From positions 2,514 to 66,513 of the forward strand of contig SFEV01000007.1 of NCBI GenBank assembly GCA_004557975.1: a DNA stretch of 64,000 nucleotides, in the 5' to 3' direction. The position numbers were made by a program, and so were the translations under genes. This DNA is from Lachnospiraceae bacterium (GTDB lineage Bacteria > Bacillota > Clostridia > Lachnospirales > Lachnospiraceae). Below, one piece after another: positions 1-10,225 of the stretch. Position 1 is the stretch's first letter. The number at the start of each line of letters is the position of its first letter. The notes beneath the pieces were generated by a model. That model had not been told where the DNA came from and did not search any database. It worked only from the letters and a program-made list of their open reading frames with translations.

Positions 1-206
1 AGCTGCTGGTACTAAAAGATTCCTATGCGCACTGCTTCGTACCGTTTCTGGTGGAGAATTTTGAGAAGATTACGATGCTTGACCTTCGCTACTATAATCA
101 GAAGCTAAGTGAGCTGATCGCAGATGAAAATTATACAGATCTTCTGGTTCTGTACAATGCATCAGGCTTTGCGGAGGATACGTCTGTCGGGAAGCTGCTG
201 TACTGA
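1..206 (+). CDS. 3' end of a DHHW-family (AlgX/AlgJ-like SGNH) protein, truncated by the window edge
   Basis: Frame from nt 3 reads LLVLKDSYAHCFVPFLVENFEKITMLDLRYY...LLVLYN, stop TGA at 204-206; the KDSYA and DLRYY motifs are typical of DHHW proteins. Confidence 0.7.
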   Translation, partial: LLVLKDSYAHCFVPFLVENFEKITMLDLRYYNQKLSELIADENYTDLLVLYNASGFAEDTSVGKLLY

Positions 207-235
207 TTCTGACATTTGAGGCGGCGAAAACCGGA

Positions 236-269
236 CAGACAGAAGGTCAGACAGAAGGTCAGACAAAGG
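236..269. repeat. short tandem repeat, 12-bp unit CAGACAGAAGGT, nearly 3 copies
   Basis: Units at 236-247 and 248-259, plus a degenerate unit at 260-269. Confidence 0.8.
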
Positions 270-374
270 ACCACTGAACGGATGTGTGCAGAGATGCTGC
301 GGAGAAAGAGTAAAAAGTTACTGGAAAACTGATACAAAACATGCAGAAATATCTGGCAGGAAAGGAAGAAAAAA

Positions 375-1223
375 ATGAGTTTGGCAGATCATATTTTTAT
401 TGATATGTGTCATGATATTCTTGAAAACGGAGTGAGTACGGAAGGGGAAAAAGTACGGCCGAAATGGGAGGATGGTTCGTATGCTTATACGATCAAGCGT
501 TTCGGTGTTGTGAACCGCTACGATCTGAGAAAGGAGTTCCCGGCGCTGACACTTCGGCGCACCGGACTGAAGAACGCATTTGATGAACTGCTGTGGATCT
601 GGCAGAAAAAATCAAACAATATACACGATCTGAACAGCGGTATCTGGGACAGCTGGGCGGATGAAAACGGAAGTATCGGGAAAGCATACGGATATCAGCT
701 TGGCGTAAAGCATCAGTACCGGGAAGGAATGATGGATCAGGTGGACCGTGTCCTGTATGATTTGAAAAACAATCCGTACAGCCGCAGAATTATGACGAAC
801 ATTTACGTACACGCAGATCTTCATGAGATGAATCTCTACCCGTGTGCGTACAGCATGACTTTTAATGTGACGAAGGAACCGGGCAGTGAGAGACTGACGC
901 TGAATGCGATTCTGAATCAGCGTTCCCAGGATGTCCTTACGGCGAACAACTGGAATGTGGCGCAGTATGCACTGCTGGTGCACATGATGGCACAGTGCTG
1001 CAATATGGAGGCAGGAGAGCTGGTTCACGTGATTGCGGATGCCCATATCTATGACCGCCATATTCCTTTGGTAAAGGAACTGATTACCCGGGAAACGTAT
1101 CCGGCGCCGAAAGTGTGGCTGACTCCTGATGTGACTGACTTTTATGCATTTACTGTGGATGACCTGCATGTGGAAAACTACGTGACGGGACCGCAGATCA
1201 AAAATATTCCGGTGGCAGTGTAA
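375..1223 (+). CDS. thyA: thymidylate synthase
   Basis: Motifs GKAYGYQ, SRR, LYPC (catalytic Cys), QRSQD and HIYDRH; ends in PVAV; purine-rich SD (AAGGA) upstream. Confidence 0.97.
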   Translation: MSLADHIFIDMCHDILENGVSTEGEKVRPKWEDGSYAYTIKRFGVVNRYDLRKEFPALTLRRTGLKNAFDELLWIWQKKSNNIHDLNSGIWDSWADENGSIGKAYGYQLGVKHQYREGMMDQVDRVLYDLKNNPYSRRIMTNIYVHADLHEMNLYPCAYSMTFNVTKEPGSERLTLNAILNQRSQDVLTANNWNVAQYALLVHMMAQCCNMEAGELVHVIADAHIYDRHIPLVKELITRETYPAPKVWLTPDVTDFYAFTVDDLHVENYVTGPQIKNIPVAV

Positions 1224-1224
1224 G

Positions 1225-3255
1225 ATGAGCAGAGGAACAGAATTTCTGGAGATCGTTACGCAGAAGCTGAAGAAACGGCTTTGTGAGACGGATGATGTCA
1301 TTTTGCAGGGACAGAAGGACATCGGGAAAATGAATGAATACTACTGGGAAAACTATACGGAGATGGACCAGTATGGATACGAGAATTTCGACAATCAGCA
1401 GGCGCTGCTGATTCAGGTAAACGCAAACCAGGAGAGTCTGAAGAAACGGCACAGGCTGCAGAAAATGCTGGATTCTCCGTTTTTCGGCAGTGTGGACTTT
1501 GTGTATGATGGTGAGGACGAACCTGAGAGTTTTTATATCGGAATGGGGAACTTTGCGGAGCGCTCCGGCAGCGTGCCTCTGATCTATGACTGGCGTGCTC
1601 CGGTGTCAAGTCTGTTTTATGATTTTGATCAGGGCGAGGCATATTATGAAGCGCCTGCCGGGAGACTTGACGGGGAGATCACTGCAAAACGTCAGTACAA
1701 AATACGCGGCGGCCGGATGATCTATGAGTTTGAGAGCGACGTGAAGATCGACGATGAGATCCTGAAACAGGAGCTTGGTGAGAACGGGGACGCGCAGCTT
1801 AAGAACATTGTACGGACGATTCAGAAGGAGCAAAATGCAATCATTCGCAATACCGAGGACCGGATACTGGTGATCCAGGGCGTTGCCGGAAGCGGAAAAA
1901 CGTCGGTGGCACTTCACCGGATTGCGTATCTTTTGTACCATGATAGAAAACATCTGAAATCCTCAGATATTCTGATCCTGTCCCCAAACAGTGTATTTTC
2001 TGACTATATTTCCCATGTTCTGCCGGAGCTGGGAGAAGAGAATATCCAGGAGATGAGCTTTGATCTGTTTGCGTATCGGAAGCTGCGGGATATCGTGTCG
2101 GACTGCGAGGACAGGTACAACTATATAGAGGAAAGAATACAGTGTACTTCATGGTCGGATGAGAAAGATACGTTGTACGAATGGAAACAGTCCGCCGACT
2201 GTGTGCGCGCCATGGAGGGATTTCTGGCTGAGCTGGAGGATCGTCTCGTTGATTTTGCCGATGTGGAATACCGCGGATTTACGAGAAAGGCAGAAGAGCT
2301 GCTCTCACTGTTTTACTTTAAACTGCCGGATATTCCATTGCTTGACCGGATGGACGAGGTCCTGGAGCGTTTTGTGGATGAGTATGAGACACTTTATGGA
2401 AGAAGCCTTCCGGAGGAGGAGCAGCAGAAGCTTCAGGAGCGTTTCAGGCGTATGTATGTCACTACGGATATTTACCGGATCTACAACTGGTTTCTGGAGG
2501 ATAACGGTCTGGAAAAGCTGCCGGATGTGCCATATGAGAAGCGCGTGCTGCGCTACGAGGATGTGTATCCGATGCTGTACCTGAAGTTCAGGCTCTGCCG
2601 CAATCAGGACCGGAGAAATATCAAACATCTGGTGATTGATGAGATGCAGGATTATTCCTATCTGCAGTATGTGATTCTGGAGATGCTGTTTCCGTGCAGG
2701 ATGACGATTCTCGGAGACAAGGCACAGACTGTGGATGTGAAGCAGAAAGATGTGCAGAAGTTTTTGGCAAAAATTTTTGGCAGAAGGCTGCGCTGTATAG
2801 AGATGAACAAGAGTTACCGGAATACCTGTGAGATCGCCGGATATGCAGCGGGTGCAAAAACGCAGAAAACGGAATTTCTGCAGAGACACGGAAAGGATGT
2901 GGAGGAGCGAAGTTTTTCTTACGGTGAGGAAGCGCTGCAGGCCGTCCTGGCGCAGGTGTGTGAGAATGAAGGGCGGTTTGAGACGATTGCGGTTCTCACA
3001 ATGACAGCCCGGGAGGCGTGGGAAGCTTCTCAGTACCTGAAGCAGAAGAGAGATGATGTCTGCTATATTGACAGGGACAGTTCATCGTTCCGAAAGGGAA
3101 TTACAGTGACGACATTTTATCTCGCAAAGGGACTTGAATTTGATCAGGTATTTATTCTGGGAGGAGACAGAAATAATCCGTATTTCGGACAATTTCGGTA
3201 TATCTGTGCGACACGGGCATTGCATGAGCTGTACGTGTACGAGATAAAGCGGTAA
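1225..3255 (+). CDS. HelD-like SF1 (UvrD/Rep family) helicase / RNA polymerase recycling ATPase
   Basis: Motifs YDWRAP, IVRTIQKEQN, Walker A GVAGSGKT with ALHRIAYLLY, IDEMQD, GDKAQ, SYRNT, KGLEFD and YICATRA. Confidence 0.85.
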   Translation: MSRGTEFLEIVTQKLKKRLCETDDVILQGQKDIGKMNEYYWENYTEMDQYGYENFDNQQALLIQVNANQESLKKRHRLQKMLDSPFFGSVDFVYDGEDEPESFYIGMGNFAERSGSVPLIYDWRAPVSSLFYDFDQGEAYYEAPAGRLDGEITAKRQYKIRGGRMIYEFESDVKIDDEILKQELGENGDAQLKNIVRTIQKEQNAIIRNTEDRILVIQGVAGSGKTSVALHRIAYLLYHDRKHLKSSDILILSPNSVFSDYISHVLPELGEENIQEMSFDLFAYRKLRDIVSDCEDRYNYIEERIQCTSWSDEKDTLYEWKQSADCVRAMEGFLAELEDRLVDFADVEYRGFTRKAEELLSLFYFKLPDIPLLDRMDEVLERFVDEYETLYGRSLPEEEQQKLQERFRRMYVTTDIYRIYNWFLEDNGLEKLPDVPYEKRVLRYEDVYPMLYLKFRLCRNQDRRNIKHLVIDEMQDYSYLQYVILEMLFPCRMTILGDKAQTVDVKQKDVQKFLAKIFGRRLRCIEMNKSYRNTCEIAGYAAGAKTQKTEFLQRHGKDVEERSFSYGEEALQAVLAQVCENEGRFETIAVLTMTAREAWEASQYLKQKRDDVCYIDRDSSSFRKGITVTTFYLAKGLEFDQVFILGGDRNNPYFGQFRYICATRALHELYVYEIKR

Positions 3256-3332
3256 TTATGGACGAGAATGTAATCAGACAGAAGTGAGGCAATACTGATA
3301 TGGAATTTTTACGGGACAGAAAAAGGAGATAC

Positions 3333-4811
3333 ATGAAAATGAGCAGAGGGCTGTGCGGGCTGATGCTTGCCGCCCTGATCTGTGCGGTGCCCATAAGAGT
3401 GCTTGCCGCATTTGATCCGGCAAAACCGCTTCCGGCTCTCACGGGAAAGTATATTTTTGACCTGCTGAATGTGGCAGAATCACAGGAATGGTACCGTGAG
3501 TCACCGGATACGTCGGAGACTGTATATTCTGACTGGGCAGGGCAGAGCGGACGCGCATGGTGTTCAGAGTTTGTCTCATGGTGTGCCAGACAGGCACAGA
3601 TTCCGGAAGAGATTATTCCGTCAAAAAATTCGGCTCTAACATTTCGTACTTTTTTTTATCAGAGGAACAGCTATTATCTTGTGGAGGGAGGAGTGACGGA
3701 TACAGGCTGTGGATGTGAAACACGTGCCAGTGGCGTTCTTTCCCTGAATGATCTTCGTCCCGGCGACATTCTGCTGGTTGAGACCGATGATGATAATACG
3801 TCCCTTGACCACACAGCACTCTGTCGCGGAGTCAAGGATGGAAAAATACTGACGACTGAGGGAAATGTCAACAAGACGTATATTATCAACGGCGTATCAA
3901 TGAAGCTGGGTACAGTCGTTCTGCGTACGAGAAATATGAGCGAGATTCACGGTGTGTGCCGTCCTAATTACGGGAATTTCTGTGAGGAGTTCGGGGAACA
4001 TTCCTGGGATGCAGGCGTGATTGTGCGCAAGGCCACATGCACAGAGGATGAGCTTGTAAAATATACCTGTACTATGTGTAACGCGACAAAAACTGTGGAA
4101 AACGGCAAGCTTCCTCATACAGAGGTGACAGACCCTGCGATTGCTGCTACCTGCGAAGTGGCCGGGCTGACGGAGGGAAGCCACTGTAAAGACTGCGGAG
4201 TTGTGATCAGACGGCAGTACGTGACGGAGCCTCTTGGGCACTCCTGGGGTGAGGCTGAGGTTCAGGTGGCTGCGACTCCGCTGAAAGAAGGCTGGGAACG
4301 GCTGACATGCACGCGGTGTGGCGAAATCAAAACGCAGAGTATTAAGGCGCTGGGAGCTCCCGCAGCGGGGACGAAAATCAGTGACCGCAAGACAGAAGCG
4401 GTGTATGAGGTGATTACGCCGGGTCTGAAGGGCGGAACAGTCGCATATGCGGGACCAACAGACAGGAAGCTTCCGTCTGTTACCATCAAATCCTCTGTGA
4501 CGCTGGACGGAATTACATATAAGGTGGTTGCGATATCAGCGGGAGCGTTCAAGAACAACAGTTATCTGAAGGAGATCGTCATTCCTTCCAGCGTAAAGCA
4601 GATTGGAAAACAGGCGTTCTACAAGTGTAAAAATCTGTCGCGGATTACTGTGAAATCAACATCTCTCACAAAAAAGAGAGTGGGAAGCAAGGCATTCCAA
4701 GGGATCAGCAGCAGGGCAGTGTTCCGGGTTCCGGCTTCCAGAAAAAAGACGTATAAGACGCTGTTTCGAGCGAGAGGGGCAGGATCAAAGATTACGATTG
4801 CTTCCTATTAG
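3333..4811 (+). CDS. secreted CHAP-domain protein with His/Cys repeats and a C-terminal BspA-like LRR
   Basis: SD AAGGAG before ATG 3333; signal peptide; CHAP motifs AWCSEFVSWC, DHT and TEGN; three H..ATC/ATP..C-x-x-C repeats; LRR_5-type IPSSVKQIGKQAFYKC. Confidence 0.75.
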   Translation: MKMSRGLCGLMLAALICAVPIRVLAAFDPAKPLPALTGKYIFDLLNVAESQEWYRESPDTSETVYSDWAGQSGRAWCSEFVSWCARQAQIPEEIIPSKNSALTFRTFFYQRNSYYLVEGGVTDTGCGCETRASGVLSLNDLRPGDILLVETDDDNTSLDHTALCRGVKDGKILTTEGNVNKTYIINGVSMKLGTVVLRTRNMSEIHGVCRPNYGNFCEEFGEHSWDAGVIVRKATCTEDELVKYTCTMCNATKTVENGKLPHTEVTDPAIAATCEVAGLTEGSHCKDCGVVIRRQYVTEPLGHSWGEAEVQVAATPLKEGWERLTCTRCGEIKTQSIKALGAPAAGTKISDRKTEAVYEVITPGLKGGTVAYAGPTDRKLPSVTIKSSVTLDGITYKVVAISAGAFKNNSYLKEIVIPSSVKQIGKQAFYKCKNLSRITVKSTSLTKKRVGSKAFQGISSRAVFRVPASRKKTYKTLFRARGAGSKITIASY

Positions 4812-4895
4812 AATCAGTGACCAGAGAAGACCATGTGACAGGGAATCACAGGCCAAAGGTTTGAAACACAAGAAAGGATACAGGAGGAAAAGAAA

Positions 4896-5384
4896 ATGAA
4901 TCTAATTGTAGCAGTAGACAGAAACTGGGGAATCGGATGCGGAAACAGGCTGCTGGTCAGCATTCCCTCTGACATGAAATTTTTCCGTGAGACGACTATG
5001 GGCAAGGTGGTCGTAATGGGGAGAAAGACGCTGGAATCTTTTCCAAATGGGCTGCCGCTGCGGAACAGAACAAATATTGTTCTGACATCCAACTCCAATT
5101 ATCAGGCGAAGGGGGCGACAGTCTGCCATACGGTGGAGGAGACGCTGGAGGAACTGAAAAAGTACAATGACGATGATATCTATATCATTGGCGGAGGTTC
5201 CGTTTACCGTCAGTTTCTGCCGTACTGCAGTGTGGCACATGTGACTAAGATCGACCACGTATTTGATGCAGATACGTATTTTCCGAACCTGGATGAGATG
5301 GAGGACTGGAAGATCACAGCGGACAGCGACGAGCAGACATACTTTGACCTGGAGTATCAGTTCCTGAAGTATGAGAAGATCTAA
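4896..5384 (+). CDS. folA: dihydrofolate reductase
   Basis: Motifs IVAVD..WGIG, DMKFFR, VVMGRKT, PLRNRTNIV, IIGGGSVY and DTYFP. Confidence 0.96.
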   Translation: MNLIVAVDRNWGIGCGNRLLVSIPSDMKFFRETTMGKVVVMGRKTLESFPNGLPLRNRTNIVLTSNSNYQAKGATVCHTVEETLEELKKYNDDDIYIIGGGSVYRQFLPYCSVAHVTKIDHVFDADTYFPNLDEMEDWKITADSDEQTYFDLEYQFLKYEKI

Positions 5385-5424
5385 AGGCACAGTAGAATAA
5401 GGAAAACAGAAGGAAAACAGATAG

Positions 5425-5491
5425 AAAGAGCTGCCTCAAAGCGGTGCAGCAGCGGATGGTGCTGCTGTGACCGTTTTGCGGCGGCTCTTTT
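5425..5491. terminator. long bidirectional terminator-like hairpin between convergent folA and pyrI
   Basis: Arms AAAGAGCTGCCTCAAAGCGGTGCAGCAGC and GCTGCTGTGACCGTTTTGCGGCGGCTCTTT, with A/T tails. Confidence 0.75.
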
Positions 5492-5516
5492 ATGACTCCA
5501 TGAATTTTGTGTTTTT

Positions 5517-5954
5517 TTATTTCTTTCGGGAACTGCGGTATTTTTCTTCACAGTACATGCAGCGGTACACTTCTTTTTCTTCATCAGCCAGGAAGAATAC
5601 GTGATCCAGTTCCTGCTCGATAGAGGTGATGCAGCGCGGATTCTTGCAGCGGATGATGTTCGTCAGCTTTTTCGGAAGCTTCAGCTCCTTTTTCTCTACG
5701 ATAGAGCCATCCTTGATGATATTGACGGTGATCCGGTGATCGATAAAGCCCAGCACATTCAGGTCAAGCTCGTCAATGGGACACTCTACCTTGATGATAT
5801 CTTTTTTGCCCATCTTATTGCTGTGGGCATTTTTGATGATAGCGACACAGCAGTCCATCTGGTCCAGTTTCAGATATTTGTAGATAGACATACTTTTTCC
5901 GGCTTCGATGTGATCGAGCACAACACCTTCATTCATCTGTCCTACATTTAACAT
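5517..5954 (-). CDS. pyrI: aspartate carbamoyltransferase regulatory subunit
   Basis: Motifs GVVLDHI and KKDIIK; zinc ligands CKNPRC...CMYC; overlaps the pyrB stop. Confidence 0.93.
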   Translation of the reverse strand: MLNVGQMNEGVVLDHIEAGKSMSIYKYLKLDQMDCCVAIIKNAHSNKMGKKDIIKVECPIDELDLNVLGFIDHRITVNIIKDGSIVEKKELKLPKKLTNIIRCKNPRCITSIEQELDHVFFLADEEKEVYRCMYCEEKYRSSRKK

Positions 5955-6868
5955 ACTTCCACCTCCAGTAATGTGAGAATCAGTGCCATTCTTACGTATA
6001 CGCCATACTGTGCCTGCTTGAAGTAAACTGCACGCGGGTCGTCGTCAATCTCCACGGAGATTTCATTGACACGCGGAAGCGGATGGAGGATCAGCATGTT
6101 CGGTCCAGCCAGTTTCATCTTTTCTTTGTCGAGAATGTAGAAATCCTTCATCCGGATATAATCTTCCTCGTTGAAGAAGCGTTCCTTCTGAACACGTGTC
6201 ATGTAGAGCAGGTCAAGCTCAGGAAGTGCATCCTCGAGACGTACCATTTCCTGGAACTGCTGGTTGTTTTTCACAAGCACATCATCACGGATATTGTCCG
6301 GGAGACGGAGCTCTTCCGGAGAGATCAGGACGAATCGGATGTTCGGATAACGGATCAGAGCCTGGATCAGAGAGTGTACAGTACGTCCGAATTTCAGATC
6401 GCCGCACAGACCGATGGTGAAGTCATGGAGACGTCCTTTCTCTGAACGGATGGTCAGAAGGTCTGTCAGTGTCTGTGTCGGATGCTGATGTCCTCCGTCT
6501 CCGGCGTTAATGACCGGAATGGATGATTTCAGCGATGCGACCAGCGGAGCACCCTCTTTCGGATGTCGCATGGCACAGATATCGGCGTATCCTGAGATCA
6601 CGCGGATCGTGTCGGAAACACTTTCACCCTTTGCTGCCGAGCTGGAATCGGCCGAAGAAAAACCAAGTACACTGCCACCCAGATTCAACATTGCCGCTTC
6701 GAAACTGAGTCTTGTACGTGTACTTGGTTCATAAAATAAAGTAGCTAATTTTTTACCGGCACAGGCATGTGCGTATTTCGCAGGATTTGCTTCGATGTCA
6801 TTCGCCAGATCAAGGAGCCTGTCAAGCTCTTCCACTGAGAAATCCAAAGGATTCATTAAGTGTCTCAT
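5948..6868 (-). CDS. pyrB: aspartate carbamoyltransferase catalytic subunit
   Basis: Motifs [31 protein letters not shown] and HPLPR. Confidence 0.97.
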   Translation of the reverse strand: MRHLMNPLDFSVEELDRLLDLANDIEANPAKYAHACAGKKLATLFYEPSTRTRLSFEAAMLNLGGSVLGFSSADSSSAAKGESVSDTIRVISGYADICAMRHPKEGAPLVASLKSSIPVINAGDGGHQHPTQTLTDLLTIRSEKGRLHDFTIGLCGDLKFGRTVHSLIQALIRYPNIRFVLISPEELRLPDNIRDDVLVKNNQQFQEMVRLEDALPELDLLYMTRVQKERFFNEEDYIRMKDFYILDKEKMKLAGPNMLILHPLPRVNEISVEIDDDPRAVYFKQAQYGVYVRMALILTLLEVEVC

Positions 6869-6966
6869 AGTGTCCTCCTTTATCTTTTCTTTCTGTCCGC
6901 TATGATAACGTATCTGTATCAGAAATTCAAGTCAAATTTTGCGAATTTTGCAGACATGGAAATCTT

Positions 6967-6995
6967 TTGCTTTTTTGACGGATGTGAGGTATACT
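6967..6995 (+). promoter_or_regulatory. sigma-A-type promoter for the PH-domain gene / prfC
   Basis: TTGCTT-17 nt-TATACT. Confidence 0.55.
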
Positions 6996-7108
6996 TGCCA
7001 CATATGAACCGGCAGTCTCTGATGCTGGGCAGGGCCAGGATGAGACTGTACGGAAGCCTGCCTGTCGGGGAGGCTGCAGATTTTATCAGAGCATAAGGAG
7101 ATGGGATT

Positions 7109-7492
7109 ATGAAATATTCAGAGCGAAAAAGACTGACATTTTTTGGTTTGCCGTTCACATTTACAACGTACACGGTGGATGAAGAGTTTATCACCATGAA
7201 TTCCGGTTTCTTCAGGAGAGTTGAGAATGACTGCTATCTGTACAAGATTGTGGATGTCCGTCTTGAGACAAGCCTTGCAGAGCGTCTGTTCGGGCTTGGG
7301 ACGGTACACTGCTTCAGCAGTGATGTGACGGATCCTGACCTTCGCCTCCGGCATATTAAACATGCAAAGGAAATCAAGGATTATATTTTGAAAGAATCTG
7401 AAGCCCAGAGAATGAAGCGCCGCACGCTGAATACACAGAGCCTGGACGGAGAACCGTTCCTGGGACAGGGGGACAGCTGTGATATCTGTTGA
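7109..7492 (+). CDS. bacterial PH-domain-containing protein
   Basis: GLPFTFTTY..., LYKIVDVRL...ERLFGLGTV is a bPH_2-like pattern; SD AAGGAG. Confidence 0.75.
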   Translation: MKYSERKRLTFFGLPFTFTTYTVDEEFITMNSGFFRRVENDCYLYKIVDVRLETSLAERLFGLGTVHCFSSDVTDPDLRLRHIKHAKEIKDYILKESEAQRMKRRTLNTQSLDGEPFLGQGDSCDIC

Positions 7493-7573
7493 CAGCATTT
7501 CTCAACCCTGATAAAATAGGCAAAGCGATTATTAACCGATTATGAATCAGGGAAACAGTTGGAGGAAGCTGCT

Positions 7574-9160
7574 GTGAGTGATATAAGAAACGAAATTGAA
7601 AAGAGAAGGACATTTGCGATTATCTCCCACCCGGATGCAGGAAAGACGACGCTGACAGAGAAATTTCTGCTTTATGGCGGCGCGATCAATCTTGCCGGTT
7701 CTGTAAAAGGAAAGGCGACGGCACGTCATGCAGTGTCGGACTGGATGGAGATTGAGAAGGAGAGGGGTATTTCCGTTACTTCCTCTGTGCTGCAGTTTAA
7801 TTACGGTGGATTCTGCATCAATATTCTGGATACACCGGGACATCAGGATTTCTCGGAGGACACGTACCGTACGCTGATGGCGGCAGATTCTGCCGTAATG
7901 GTGATTGACGCATCAAAAGGTGTCGAAGCACAGACGCGCAAGCTTTTCAAGGTCTGTGTCATGCGCCACATTCCGATTTTTACGTTTATCAACAAAATGG
8001 ACAGGGATGCAAATGACACCTTTGAGCTGCTGGATGATATTGAAAAGGAGCTGGGGATTGCCACATGTCCGATCAACTGGCCTATTGGTTCCGGAAAGAA
8101 TTTTAAAGGCGTGTACAACCGTGCACAGCGAAGGGTGACTACATTTACCGATACGCAGAAGGGTACGAAAGCCGGCGTGGCCACGGAAATTGACGTGGAT
8201 GATCCGGCCCTGGAGGAGTTTATCGGTACGGAAAACAAGGAAAAGCTGCTGGAGGAGATCGAGCTGCTGGACGGAGCTTCGGCAGAATTTGACCAGGAGC
8301 TTGTGAGCAGGGGAGAGCTTTCCCCCGTATTTTTCGGTTCTGCGCTGACCAATTTTGGCGTGGAGATTTTTCTGAAGCACTTTCTGCAGATGACAACGTC
8401 ACCGCTTCCGCGTACTGCTGACTGCGGTGTCATTGATCCGATGACCGAGGATTTTTCTGCATTTGTATTTAAAATTCAGGCGAATATGAATAAGGCACAC
8501 AGAGACAGGATCGCGTTTATGCGTATCTGTTCCGGAAAGTTTGATGCAGGCATGGAGGTTTATCATGTACAGGGAGACAGGAAACAGAGGCTTTCCCAGC
8601 CCCAGCAGATGATGGCCCAGGAGCGCCACGTGGTGCAGGAAGCATACGCCGGAGATATTATCGGTGTGTTCGATCCGGGTATTTTTTCCATAGGAGATAC
8701 AATCTGCATGCCGGGCAAAAAATTTGCGTACGAGGGAATTCCGACATTCGCTCCGGAGCATTTTGCGAGGGTGCGCCAGATGGATACGATGAAGCGCAAG
8801 CAGTTTGTGAAGGGAATCAACCAGATTGCCCAGGAGGGTGCCATTCAGATTTTCCAGGAGTTCAATACAGGTATGGAGGAGATCATTGTGGGCGTAGTGG
8901 GCGTGCTGCAGTTTGATGTCCTGAAATACCGCCTTGAAAATGAGTACAATGTGGATATCCGTCTGGAGACTCTTCCGTATGAGCACATCCGCTGGATTGA
9001 AAATGAAGAGATCGACATGAACAGGATCGTCGGTACTTCCGATATGAAGAAGATTAAGGACCTGAAGGGCAGACCTCTGCTTCTGTTTGTAAACAGCTGG
9101 TCGGTGGGAATGGTGCTCGACCGGAACGAAGGATTAATTCTTTCTGAATTTGGACGATAA
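7574..9160 (+). CDS. prfC: peptide chain release factor 3
   Basis: Motifs RRTFAIISHPDAGKTT, SDWMEIEKERGIS, DTPGHQDFSEDTYR and NKMD; GTG start 8 nt after GGAGG. Confidence 0.97.
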   Translation: MSDIRNEIEKRRTFAIISHPDAGKTTLTEKFLLYGGAINLAGSVKGKATARHAVSDWMEIEKERGISVTSSVLQFNYGGFCINILDTPGHQDFSEDTYRTLMAADSAVMVIDASKGVEAQTRKLFKVCVMRHIPIFTFINKMDRDANDTFELLDDIEKELGIATCPINWPIGSGKNFKGVYNRAQRRVTTFTDTQKGTKAGVATEIDVDDPALEEFIGTENKEKLLEEIELLDGASAEFDQELVSRGELSPVFFGSALTNFGVEIFLKHFLQMTTSPLPRTADCGVIDPMTEDFSAFVFKIQANMNKAHRDRIAFMRICSGKFDAGMEVYHVQGDRKQRLSQPQQMMAQERHVVQEAYAGDIIGVFDPGIFSIGDTICMPGKKFAYEGIPTFAPEHFARVRQMDTMKRKQFVKGINQIAQEGAIQIFQEFNTGMEEIIVGVVGVLQFDVLKYRLENEYNVDIRLETLPYEHIRWIENEEIDMNRIVGTSDMKKIKDLKGRPLLLFVNSWSVGMVLDRNEGLILSEFGR

Positions 9161-9173
9161 GGGTAAATCTTTC

Positions 9174-9202
9174 TTGCAAACATGGACAGATTTGGGTATA
9201 AT
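9174..9202 (+). promoter_or_regulatory. sigma-A-type promoter of the asp23-nusB operon
   Basis: TTGCAA-17 nt-TATAAT. Confidence 0.7.
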
Positions 9203-9267
9203 CTATCATAAAGGAAACGTGCGGCGTCTGGCCGCCGGAGTGAAGGAAAGATACTGGGAGGTATTCT

Positions 9268-9648
9268 ATGGAAAATACAGAAATTCATACCCATGTGATA
9301 CAAAACGAAGAGAAGTTCGGAGAGGTGCGTATTGCTGATGAGGTAGTGGCCATTATCGCAGGTCTCGCTGCTTCCGAGGTGGAGGGTGTTGCTTCCATGG
9401 CGGGGAATGTGACGAGAGATCTGATCGGCAAGCTTGGTATGAAGAGCCTTTCCAAGGGTGTCAAGATCACGATGGATGACAGGACGGTCTGGGTGGCGCT
9501 GGCGATTAATATCCGCTACGGCTACAATGTTCCTGCAACCTGCACTCAGATCCAGGAGAAAGTAAAGACCGCGATCGAGACAATGACAGGTCTTGAAGTG
9601 GCTGAGGTCAACATCAAGATCGTAAACGTTCAGATGGACAATAATTAA
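9268..9648 (+). CDS. Asp23/Gls24 family protein (YqhY-like)
   Basis: [18 protein letters not shown]..., [17 protein letters not shown]; conserved position before nusB. Confidence 0.9.
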   Translation: MENTEIHTHVIQNEEKFGEVRIADEVVAIIAGLAASEVEGVASMAGNVTRDLIGKLGMKSLSKGVKITMDDRTVWVALAINIRYGYNVPATCTQIQEKVKTAIETMTGLEVAEVNIKIVNVQMDNN

Positions 9649-9653
9649 GAGAG

Positions 9654-9683
9654 AAAAGGGGACGGTATTCAGTTCCCTTTTTT
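9654..9683 (+). terminator. terminator-like hairpin after the asp23 gene
   Basis: AAAAGGGGAC...GTTCCCTTTTT. Confidence 0.55.
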
Positions 9684-9743
9684 ATCATATTGGGAGTCTG
9701 CCCAAAATCCGGCAGCTCCTCTTACTACCAAGGAGACCATGAC

Positions 9744-10139
9744 ATGAAGAGAAGTGAAATCAGAGAGAATATTTTCAAGCTCGTATTCTGCGGGGATTTC
9801 CATACGAAGGAAGAGCTTTCAGGACAGGTGGAGAGCTATTTTGAGGAGCTTCCGGAAATTACTGAGGAGGAGCACGCATATATTGCGGAAAAGTTTGATA
9901 GAATAAAGGATCACGTTGCTGAGATTGACGCAAAGATCAATGAGGTGGCGAAGGGATGGAAGACGGACCGCATGGGAAAGGCAGAGCTGGCGATTCTGCG
10001 TCTGGCAGTCTATGAAATGCAGTACGACGAGGATGTGCCGGTGAAGGTCGCGATCAATGAGGCGGTGGAGCTGGCAAAAAAATTCGGCGGGGATGAGTCG
10101 CCGTCCTTTGTCAACGGTATTCTGGCAAAACTGGCCTGA
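9744..10139 (+). CDS. nusB: transcription antitermination factor NusB
   Basis: Motifs [21 protein letters not shown] and FVNGIL; start placed after AAGGAG. Confidence 0.95.
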   Translation: MKRSEIRENIFKLVFCGDFHTKEELSGQVESYFEELPEITEEEHAYIAEKFDRIKDHVAEIDAKINEVAKGWKTDRMGKAELAILRLAVYEMQYDEDVPVKVAINEAVELAKKFGGDESPSFVNGILAKLA

Positions 10140-10225
10140 GGAAGGAGCGAAGCAGGCAGGGTGTTCTGTGCGATCCTGTGCGGACCGTATTCTGTATTTA
10201 CTCTGGGATTCTGCTTTACGGGACA

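Noticed and set aside
236..269. 12-bp tandem repeat (and an 11-bp duplication AAGGAAAACAG at 5399-5420) as CRISPR or iterons
   Set aside because: No spacers, only 2-3 units, and no cas or rep genes; consistent with local slippage
5517..6868. Isolated pyrBI without a visible PyrR attenuator
   Set aside because: PyrI-containing ATCases occur in anaerobic Firmicutes; not unusual enough to report
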